Below are positions 24,399 to 34,477 of a DNA stretch of 64,000 bases, piece by piece (the first letter of the stretch is position 1; every line of letters begins with the position of its first letter). Position numbers and translations under genes: made by a program. The notes under the pieces were generated by a model. The model had not been told where the DNA came from. It ran no database searches and worked only from the letters and a program-made list of their open reading frames with translations. The DNA is taken from assembly GCA_030390025.1 (NCBI GenBank), contig CM059427.1, forward strand, positions 186,496,001 through 186,560,000. Direction: 5' to 3'. This stretch comes from Squalus acanthias (lineage: Eukaryota).

Positions 24399-25408
24399 AA
24401 TATACCTAACATTCCAGGCAAACTAATAAAGCACTGAAACTTATTAAAGATAATGTAAGCAAGAAAATAGTAGTATAACAAATAAATGGCACTAAAGCCT
24501 ACTCCTGCTCCTATTTCTTATGTTCTTATGTTCTTACATCCCCAGGACCTGATGGTTTCCACCCCAGGGTTTTAAAGGAAGTAGGTGAGGAAATTGCAGA
24601 TACTTTAGTCATAATCTTCAGAAGCTCTCTCAATTCAAGAATTGTCCCTTTAGATTGGAAAATTTCAAATGTAACTCCATTATTTAAGAAAGATGAGAGA
24701 AACAAGGAAATTATAGACCTGCCAGTCTAATATCTGTTATGGGGAAGTTATTGGAATCTATAATTAAGGACAGAGTGACTGAGCACATGGAGAGATTTGA
24801 GCTGATTAGAGAGAGTCAACATGGATTTGTAAAGCCTATGTCATGTCTAACGAACCTAAATGATTCTTTTCAGGATGTAACTAAAGTAGTAGACAGGGCA
24901 ATGTCTATGGATGTAGTTTATATGGACTTCCAGAAGGCATTGGGTAAGGTTCCACATAAGAGACTGTTAGCTGAGTTTAAAGCTCTTGGAATTGAAGCCA
25001 AATTATTGACCTGGTTAGGAGATTGGTTAGGCGATTGAAGAATTAACCTTACAGGCGAAACATGCTAATGAACCCATCCCCGGGATTTGGGATGTTGTCA
25101 CTGTTCATGGCTGGAGGCGGCAGGGATTCCCGGTCTGTCCTTATTCTGTAGCGGAGCTGGAACCCCAGAAATTTGACCCTGGCACTTCATGTTATAACAC
25201 CCCTTTCATTATAAAACAGCAGATTCTCCTATTTACCATGAGGTCTGCCATTTGAGATCCTACAGTAACATTTAAAATAACAGATCCCAAGACTGACCCC
25301 TTTGCAACCCATCCCGAAATGTTTTTGAGCTTGATAGTTCCCATTTTGAGCTACCCTCTGTTTCTTTTTTTGAGCCAATTTTCTACTTCAGTTCAAACGC
25401 GCACAACA

Positions 25409-25594
25409 CCAATGATATCTGAACCCTGAGCTGAAAAGGAAGAGGAAGCTCGCCTGCCCTATGGTTTCACAAGAGACAACGTCAATTACTTTGTGCAGAG
25501 CAACGACTGAGAACCTCAGTGTGTTGTGTGTCGCTGTGCTGGGAGCTTTGCTGCTCAGTCTCTGGACTTCTTCACTAGTCTCTTCCCACAAGGT
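25409..25594 (+). other. Orphan leader-like exon preceded by CCAAT and tandem GGAA (ETS-type) motifs
   Basis: ccaat at 25409, aaggaagaggaag at 25436-25448. Frame from ATG 25461 reads ..ENLSVLCVAVLGALLLSLWTSSLVSSHK, then donor aag|gtaggc at 25593. Confidence 0.35.
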
Positions 25595-26087
25595 AGGCAA
25601 TATTACTGCAATCATTGTTTTTAAAGGATTGATTTAAATGTGGTTTGAATAACTGAACGCATTGCTTAAAGATCTTGTCCCTTTTTGATCTTTTACTCTT
25701 TCAGATCAGTTCTTCTGTTGCACCCTGTTTCTCTTTAGACTAAACAATGGCATCAAGTGCTAATTTATTTGGCTTTGTCTAATTTTTCATAAAGGTCTAA
25801 GAATGAGGTTTCTTACAACTAAATGACTGCCATCTTTTAAGTCCGAAACTAGCGTCTTAAATCTGAACAAAGCAAACTACATAGGTATGAGGGGCGAGTT
25901 GGCTGAGGTAGATTGGGAAACTAGATTAAAAGATTTGATGGTAGATAAGCAATGGCAAACATTTAAAGAAATAATTTGCAACGTGTATACATTCATTTTA
26001 GGAATAAAAACCCTACGGGAAAAGTGGTCGAACTGTGGCTAACAAGAGAAGTTAAATATAGTATTAGATTAAAGGAAGAGGCTTATT

Positions 26088-26847
26088 GGGCCAGAAATTC
26101 GGCTCCCTTGCTTCCCGCGGGTGCAAGGATCGCGTGCGCACCTACCTACCGCGCCTGCCGTTGACGCCTGGGCTCGCGAGGAATTCGGCTCCTGGGCCTC
26201 CCCCAACTGCGCAGTGCTTGCGTATCCCAGGGGCGTAGTTAGTGCGATGCATCCCCTGGGTTCACGTGGGCCATGGAGAGCCAATGGCAGCAGAACATCT
26301 TTCATTCATAGATTTGACAGGAAGATCTGTCAAATCTATGAATACAGATCGGCCCCAAAACATCCCTAAAACTAGAAAAAAAATTTTTTTTAAAAATCAC
26401 ATTTTTAAAACAACTATAAATAACATAAATTAACTATTTTAAACAAAAATTTAAATTTTTGAAAAAAATAATTACACTTTTTAACGGGGCTAAAACTAAT
26501 CTTACCTTTCTTTAAAGTAATTAAAAAAGATAAATCTGTGAAAAAAATGTTTAAATTTGAATAAAATCACCACTTACCTTGTTAAAAGAAGGCCTTGCGT
26601 CTCCTTTTTCAATGTGTATCTTCTCCGTGTTTACCCTCACGGAGGAACCTGTAAAAAAAACCGAAGTGTGAGGCGGACGCGCTGGCCCTCCGACGTGCGC
26701 GTTCGACCTCTGAACCCCTTCCTTCAGGGGAACGGAAGTGCCGGTTTCCCACGCATGCGCTGTGCATGCAAGAAACCGGCACTTTCGTTCCGTCCACGGG
26801 TGAGTACATAGTGCGTACTCACCCGTGGCGAGCCTAATTTCTGCCCC
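26088..26847. mobile_element. Harbinger-type MITE, family 2
   Basis: TIRs gggccagaaatt / aatttctgcccc, TSD ATT; reverse-complement homolog of 35154-35914. Confidence 0.92.
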
Positions 26848-27283
26848 ATTATGTTGCCAAAAGGAGAATTAAGCCTGAGGATTGGGAGGATTTTAGAATT
26901 CAGCAAAACATGACCAAGAAATTGATAAAAAGAGAGAAAATAGAATATGAAAGTAAACTAGCAAGAGACATAAAAACAGATTGTAAAAAGGAAGTGTTTA
27001 ACAAAAGTAATGGTGGGTCCCTTAAAGGCAGAGAGTGGAGAAATTATGATGAGGAATCAGGAACTGGCAGAAACATTAAACAAATACTTTGTCTTCATGG
27101 TAGAAGACACAAAAAACCTTCTGGAAATAGTGGGGAACCAAGGCTCTAGTGAGAATGAGGAACCTTAAAGATGTTAGTATTAGTAAAGAAATAGTACTGG
27201 AGAAATTAATTGGAATAAAAGTCGAGAAATCCCCAGGACCTGACGGCCTGCAGCCTCGGGTGTTAAAAGAGGTGGCTACAGAG

Positions 27284-27556
27284 GTTTGACACGTTGGACC
27301 CCCTGGGACACATCTCATTGTCTTGGCTGTGCTCTTAGTGTGTCTTAGTGTGTCTTTGATGTAGGGAAATATTTGAATAGATTTTGTCTGTGTTTAAATT
27401 GTGAATTCTGGGAGATTCTCTCACTGCTAACTTACCTGAGGAAGGAGCGACAGCTCCGAAAGCTTGTAAAATTAAATAAATCTGTTGGACTATAACCTGG
27501 TGTTGTGCGACTTCTCATTTTTGTCCACCCCAGTCCAACGCCGGCATCTCCACATC
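27284..27556 (+). mobile_element. Penelope-like element terminal fragment with 9-bp TSD
   Basis: gctacagag duplicated (27275-27283, 27557-27565) within CR1; contains a hammerhead core and AATAAA. Confidence 0.75.
27432..27469 (+). ncRNA. Minimal type I hammerhead ribozyme-like motif
   Basis: UUAC-CUGAGGA-a-GGAGC(gaca)GCUCC-GAAAGCUU-GUAA: conserved cores, stems I and II, palindromic stem III. Confidence 0.7.
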
Positions 27557-27729
27557 GCTACAGAGATAGTGGGTGCATTTGTTTTGATCTTCCAGAATTT
27601 CCTAGATTTTAGAATGGTCCCCATGGATTGGAAGGTAGCACACGTAACCACAAGAAAGGAGGGAGAGAGAAAAAGCAAGATCAAAGAGGTTTGGATGCTT
27701 TTCAAAATTGTTAAAAGTTTCAATAGTCT

Positions 27730-29744
27730 ACATGGAGTGGTCTGGCTGGTGCTGAATTACTTTTTGGTGACTTAAAGGCTTGTGCACAAACCATTAGCTT
27801 CCAGACATGGGTGACCTAGTAAGACTTCCTCTTGGCATTGAGCATGACTAGGAGAGCGAGCAGAGGTCACACAGAGCACGACAAGCTGCTAGAAGAGGGA
27901 GGATGAGGAGGGGGAGTAGTGCTCTCAGCAGGAGGCCATATCCGCAGAGAGCCTTTAGGGAGCAGATCTGTTGGAGAACAAATTTCTGGAGTGTTGTGAT
28001 GCCCTGGAAGTCCGTTTGAACATTGATATCTGCAACTACAATGACAGCAGTCTGAGCTTCCACTGCAGCACTCAGACGTTGGGCAGATGCTGCTTGTGCT
28101 GCAATGGAAGCTGAGATATCGGCCATCAGATGCTGCATCCTGGTTGGTTCCACAGGTGTTCTGCTGGAGGTAGCCACCCGTTCCATGCTGGAAATGATGG
28201 GCTCCAAGCTCTGCGCAAAGCCCTGTGCCAAGTTGGTGCCTGAGTCGTCCATGCTCCTTAACATTGAACGTAGGCTTTCTAGCAGACTTTCCAGTGCACC
28301 AAGCATTTCTGTGTGTAAACCCATCAGACTTCTTGTGTAGCCTAGCCCATCAAAGTCATTAGCTGAGTCCTCTGCATCAGAACAAGTGTACGACATCGCC
28401 GTCTGGCAAGCTGGTACCTGCGCTATCATTTCCCCCTGCCCTGGCTGCAGCGCACTTGTGCCCGGTGTCTCACCACGTGCAGAACCCGCCTCTTTCCTAT
28501 CTAAATTACACGCAATGTCAGTATGTGAACTGGTAGCTGCAACTGTGAAATCGAGTGATGGTGTGTCTTCATCTTCACGGTCTTCCTGCTCTTCCTCCAC
28601 TGCCTGAGCAGGTTGTAGTTCTTGGGTATTTGAAATCAAAAAGGGTTGTGGTGAGGGGAGAGGAGAAAGTAAGAAGTGCGCGCTTACACCATCTGCAGCT
28701 TTTCAGTCAAAAGAGATTGTGGGATGGGGGAGAAGTGGGATGAGAGAAGGAGGATTAGGTTTGTGGATACCCTCATCTTCAATGGCTTCAGCCCCACCGG
28801 TGGCCACGGCCTCAGCAATGGCCCTTCCCATAATGGCCAGCATCGTAGCTCCATAGGGGTTAGAACATGCAGGTGCGCCTCTCCATCCTCCGGTTAGTTC
28901 CTGCTACGTCCGGTTGTGCACCACCTTCTCCTGCAAGAGAGGGAAGTGTGTCAGTGAGTGTGGTGCAATCTGTTTGGGTGATGTGGCTGTTAGGGTTCAA
29001 TAGCTGCCAGTGTGTGCGAGCTGTGAGATGTGGCTTTGAGGCTTGCAAAAGTGCTAAGTGTGTGAGGGTGAGGTGAAGCATATGAAAGTTTGGGTTGAGT
29101 CCTGATTGATAGAGATTGTAGGAAGGTGATTGCTAGGGGTGTAGTGAATTGAGCAGTGGCTGAGGCTAGTAGTGCAGTTGGTAGGATATGGCATTTGAAG
29201 ATGCATTCACTGACCTTGAACACTCGTGTGAGGTCATTAAACTTCTTCCTGCACTGCATCCATTTTCTTGGAACTATACACCTGGCATTGACATCCATGG
29301 CTATCTCTTGCTGCTGCCTTTTGAGCAAGTGCCTGGAGGACCTCCTGCCCCCCTGAGGATACAAGACATCTCTCCTCTGTTACACCTCTTCAACCACGAC
29401 CACCAGTGCAGCGACCGAAAACCTTGGTACACGCTCTCTCCCATGGTCAGCCATTGTTGATTGTTGCACAGCTCACTATTCCCAATGATGTCAGCACCTC
29501 CAGAGCCACAATCCACCTCCCCTTTAAGGCAAGATTTATGTAGTGCTAGGCTCTCACGAAATTGGATCCCCTGCTGCTGCGTGCAGCTAATGAACAGCGC
29601 GGGAGCACTGGCTTCACGCAAAGATTATGGTAATACGCAGGCAGCACAAAGTTGTCATCCTGCCTGCATTTCAATCACCGAGCATGGGTTAATCACACAT
29701 CGCGATCCCTGCACACACTTTCGAGGGTTATTCAATTTAACCCC
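27730..29744 (-). mobile_element. Partial Harbinger element of another family: Myb/SANT-like pseudogene, one TIR-like end
   Basis: RKWMQCRKKFNDLTRV (28990..29364), middle exon ~28750-28935, coiled-coil-like last exon 27848..28639; terminus caatttaacccc at 29744. Confidence 0.75.
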
Positions 29745-30086
29745 TACTACCTTTGAAGAATTCTGTTTGGAAATCTATAAAGAGAAGTATTACTGCCCAT
29801 TTACAGTTATCTGGGCCTTGGCAGTTCAGTGAAGGCTGTCAATGTGGTTAATCCAAAACAGTGACACTAAGAGAACCATCTACTGCTTTGGGTCACTCAC
29901 ATGACCTAAGTCAGGACCAGCTAAACAAGCCCATGACCATTTCATTATTGTCCGACATTTTAAAGATCCATAAGAGAAATTTTAGTTTGTGTTTCGGAGT
30001 GGGTATTATACGTTTTATTTGTATCGCTAATTATAAAAATGCTTAGTTTCACGTAACTTTCAGATACAAGGCTCACAATATAAGGT

Positions 30087-30312
30087 AGCAAAATACTGCG
30101 GATGCTGGAAATCCGAAATAACAACAGAAAACGCTGGAAAAACTCAGCAGGCCAGGCAGCATCCGTGGAGAGAGAAAGAGAGTTAACCTTTCAGGTCGAT
30201 GACCTTTCATCAGTTCTGATGAAAGGTCATCGACCTGAAACGTTAACTCTCTTTCTCTCTCCACGGATGCTGCCTGGCCTGCTGAGTTTTTCCAGCGATT
30301 TCTGTTGTTATT
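30087..30312. mobile_element. Palindromic Penelope-derived insertion with 14-bp flanking direct repeat
   Basis: ~100-bp arms (30115-30213 / 30215-30314) nearly perfectly complementary; tcacaatataaggt at 30073-30086 and 30313-30326. Confidence 0.85.
30212..30248 (+). ncRNA. Minimal type I hammerhead ribozyme-like motif (mutated mirror copy on - strand)
   Basis: AGUU-CUGAUGA-a-AGGUC(auc)GACCU-GAAACGUU-AACU. Confidence 0.7.
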
Positions 30313-30588
30313 TCACAATATAAGGTGTCAGCCGGGCTCAGTGGTAGCATACTCGCAGGTATGTTTGAGGCAGAGACAATTGCATCTTTAAGGGAAAACT
30401 GGATGAATATTTGAGGCAGGGTAAGATTTAGGGCTTTGAGAGAGAGTGGGGCAGTGGGGTTAGTTTTTGGATTGTTCGAGCAAAGTGCTGGCACAGACAC
30501 AACGGGACAAATTCTTCTGTGATGTAATCTTCAATGTCTCTATAGAAAGGAGGGATGGCATTGAGGATTATAGTTAACAATTATCTTT

Positions 30589-32409
30589 GGCCGTGATCTT
30601 ACTAACCTCGGCGGGTCCTTGACGGGCGACGTTGGTGGCGGGTCCCGACCCAGCTGCTGGCTCCATCCCAGCCTCTGAAATGAATTTGCCTTGATTGGGC
30701 TTGTTAAGCCCGCCCAGTGCGTTTCCCGGCCAATTAAAGGAAGCGGGTCTGATGACCTCATTTGATGATGTGTCATCAACCGGTTTCCTTAAAGGCACCA
30801 TGCCCAAATTTAGTTTGACATTTGTGCTGTCAGTGTTCTACAGCATTGAGGTGCTGCAAACACTGACAAGCACTGCACACAAGTGCAGGACTGCACCCAG
30901 GCTGTCCCATGACTCCCTCCATATGATTATGGAGGGAGTCACAGCACACAGGGAGGTCCTCTTCCCTTCCCATGGGCGGAAGAGACCTCCCTAGGAGATC
31001 AACACAGCCTGGTTGCACATTGCAGAGGAGGGCACGAGCAGGTATGCGGTCAGGAGGACCTGGGTGCAGTGCCGCAAATGTTTCAATGATCTCATTCGAT
31101 CATGAAATGTTCGTACAAAGCCACACTGAACCTCATCCTGCTGTGCCCCTCACCACTTCCCCATCACTCTGCCTTCCCTACCCTACTCCTGCACATCCTT
31201 ACTCACACCAAATTTCCTTGGACCGCCACTCATCCCTCTCTATCTATATTATCACATCCCTATCTCACTAGCCACCCCTTACATTCACCCTCATCCTAGT
31301 GCAATCATACCAACTAACAGCATAGAAGGGTAGCTACTTGGGTGTTTTATGCAATGTTCATGTAAATTTTCTGTTAATGTGGTGTCAAACATTGAAACCT
31401 TCATTTTGAATACTTTGCGTTCTTGGACAGATTTGTGTGCACATTTGGATGTGGCTTAGTGAGTTGCAGTGAATGGTGAGACATAACGGCACCCCCGCAA
31501 TGGTGATGAATGTGAAAGGAATGGCTTGGGCATTGTTTGGGATGCTTTATGCTGTTGGTGTGGGGTGGTGCCAACCTGGCGCATCACGTGGCACCCAGGG
31601 TGTACATCGTTAAGTGAAGTAAATCTGGCCATGGTGAGGCCATCCCTGGCCTCCTGGGCAAAATGTGGTTGGGTGCAAATGCCCTGTGTCCTGTGCAGCA
31701 TCAGTTGATCACGGAGAAGGTTGGTTTGTCGTTGGTGCTGCTGGTGTGCCTGATGCTGCTGGTGTGCCTGGTGATGCTGGTGTGCCTGGTGATGCTGGTG
31801 TGCCTGGTGATGCTGGGGTTGGGTCTAATCATGGTGGGATTCTGAGGACCAAGGTGAGAGTTTCAAGGGCACCCATGCTGATGGAATAGATGGCAGGTGA
31901 AGTAAAGATGACAGAAGTGACCTGTCAGTGGTGGGAGTGGTAATGAGGTCAGGCTGGATGGAGACTTGTGTAAAGACTTGCAGCATCCTGAATCTGCAGT
32001 GAAAATGCAGTTTAGAGAAGCTAGTGGTGAAGGGAATATTTCTCAATCAGCTGGGAGCTTTGACTTGATATTTGAAGCTGTCAACTCATCAGCTGATTCA
32101 ATGGCCACTGACCTCCCGCCTCAGCTTCACGGACGAGGTCGAGGCACAGCGGGAAACTGGTGGGCAACCTGTCAAATCCAAAATGCTGGGAAAAAGCCAT
32201 TGATAAGTGGCTGTAAACAAGCCACTAATGATTTTAATTGCCTCCCCCGTCGCTGCGTGTCGCGTCTGCTCAGCGCTGACAGACCCGACATTTGGTAAAG
32301 GCGCGTGGCGGGGGTTCACAGCGGGGTCCTGACCCGCTGAGGGAAAAAAACACTTCCCCACCCGACCCGCTACCGATCGTGCCTGCTGACCCCCCGCAAA
32401 ATCCAGCCC
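30589..32409. mobile_element. Non-autonomous Harbinger derivative with Myb exon-1 remnant
   Basis: TSD TTT, right TIR caaaatccagccc. APRLSHDSL..REVLFP..W..RRTWVQCRKCFNDL at ~30870-31100; 18-bp repeats 31733-31815. Second copy at 48245-54733. Confidence 0.85.
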
Positions 32410-33214
32410 TTTGTATCTATCAGAAAAAGCCTAATCCTTGAGGTAGTCATTTACTTTTTATGGTTCTGCCTGGGATGTAGAGGAGCAAGAAATGCTGCTG
32501 AGAGAATACGACAAAGACGGAGATCTTGTGCAAGGAATGATGTCTCTTCAACTTCATTCCAGCCCAGTTCCACACACGCACACACACACATTAGAGAGAA
32601 AGAACTTGTATTTATTTACTGAGCTTGACATCAAGACAGCATTTAACCAAGTGCGGCACCAAGGAGCCCCAGTAAAACTGAAGTCAATGGGGATGAGGGG
32701 GGACGATGGTTGTGGTCATTTCAAGCCAATTATCTGAACCCTATGACATCACTGCCAGCCATATTGGAAGATTAGGAATCCATTTGGTGCCCAAATAATG
32801 GACGCTACGCCGGCAAATTTCTAGGCCTATAAGTCCCAGCCTCAAGATAGACTGGTTCCAACTCCAGGTTGTTAATTTGATACAATCTCATTTACAAAGA
32901 GTTTCATTGTTCAATACAGAGAGCATCAACCTGAGGGAAGGCTACCAAATAGATCACACAACTGATATGCAAAACGTAGCGTTGCTCAAGAGTGATGGAA
33001 CTAAGTTGACTCTGATTTGGCTCAGTGTTAGTGATGGACACACCAATACTTTCCTTTTGGTAACTAGTTCTTTTAACCCTAATCCTGACCAGTAGTTTAT
33101 ATTATTTTACATCGATTTGTGAGATGGTATCCTGTAATATCCTTTCACTGGGGTGCAAAACAGCCTGGTAAAAGTCTTTCAAAAAGGCACAACAAATATT
33201 TTTATTAATAATTC

Positions 33215-33855
33215 ATTCTCAGGATATGGACATCGCTGGTAAGGCCAGCATTTTGCCCATCTCTAGTTGCCCTTGAGAAGGGGGTGGTGGGCCTTCTTCT
33301 TGAACCGCTGCAGTCCATGTGGTGAAGTTACTCCTACAATGCTCTTAGGTAGAGATTTCAAGAATATAGACAGGATGACATGTGACTTGGAGGGGAACTT
33401 GGAGGTGATGGTGTTCCCATACACCTGCTGCCCTTGTCCTTCTAGATGGCAGAGGTGGCAGGTTTTAGAGGTGCTGCTGAAAAAGCCTTGGCGAGTTGTA
33501 GATAGGACACACTGCAGCCACAGTGTGTCAGTGGTGGAAGGACTGAATGTTTAAAGTTGTGGATGGGTTACCGATCAAGTGGACAGCTTTATTCCTGATA
33601 GTGTTGAGCCACTTGAGTGTTGTTGCAGCTGCATCCTTCCTTGTAAGTGGAGAGTATTCCATCACATTCCTGACTTGTACCTTGTAGGTGGTGGAGAGGC
33701 TTTGTGGAATCAGGAGATGAGACACTCGCCATAGAATACCCAGCCTCTGACCTGCTCTGGTCGCCATGGTATTTATATGGCTGGTACAGTTGAATTTCTG
33801 GTCAGTGTCAATGTCGATGTAAATGGTGGGGATTTGCCGATGATAATGACATTGC
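33215..33855 (-). mobile_element. CR1/L2-group LINE (second family) 3' fragment
   Basis: YKVQVRNVMEYSPL motif; same family as 46140-47015 and 58347-60350. Confidence 0.85.
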
Positions 33856-34355
33856 AAGCATGTTATTATATAAACATGATCAATAAATGGAGCAGCAGTG
33901 AATAAGAAAATGCTAATTGCTGTTAATCCATACCCTCAGTTATATAAAATTCAGTAGTTTTCTGATCAGTGTAAGTGAACATTGTGGTGGAGAAATCTTT
34001 TGCAAGTTTACTTTTTGTCCATTCTTCCTACAATAGGTCAGTACATTTCTCTTTTTATTCCATTTTATTTACTTTATTTTCAGTTGCATATTAGGATGAG
34101 TAACTTTCATTACACTTCTCACAGGAAGAGGTGGAGTACTTTACTGAAGACATTTTTGGACATTTCACAGTTCCAAGTTAGAATGGGGAAATAATTTGTA
34201 AAGCTCTTTTACCTCATTTCATTTCTTCACAGTCTGAAGTGTTAAACATATTCAGGAAATGTGCCTCGGTTTTACATCTAGTGGTTTTCTGGTGCTATAT
34301 CTATATCTATATCTACATGTATATTTCTTACAGGCAAAGAGACGGAATCTGTGAA

Positions 34356-34443
34356 ATGAGGCTACGATTTTTCTGCAGCAAAATGCCAGCTGGTTTGATG
34401 TTCAGTTTCTTTGTGTTTCTACTTCCGTCTGTTTTCACACAAA
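34356..34443 (+). CDS. Paralog B signal peptide exon (MRLRFFCSKMPAGLMFSFFVFLLPSVFTQ)
   Basis: ATG at 34356 (second ATG 34383), hydrophobic core, donor A|gtaagt in phase 1 compatible with D1. An upstream acceptor tttcttacag at 34333 suggests a separate 5'UTR exon. Confidence 0.75.
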
Positions 34444-34477
34444 GTAAGTGCCTTATTTCCACCAATCACATTCATAT

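Larger units (their letters stand above)
19310..25035 (+). mobile_element. Degenerate CR1 ORF2 (endonuclease to RT) hosting Harbinger copy 2 and a MITE
   Basis: GDFN-like and DHNMIEF-like motifs (19710..20012); SQHGF and YMDFQKA (24739..25038). Host sequence rejoins across the insertions. Confidence 0.85.
25845..27720 (+). mobile_element. Degenerate CR1 ORF2 fragment hosting a MITE and a Penelope fragment
   Basis: KKLIKREKIEYESKLA, KSPGPDG and DWKVAHVT motifs. Confidence 0.85.
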
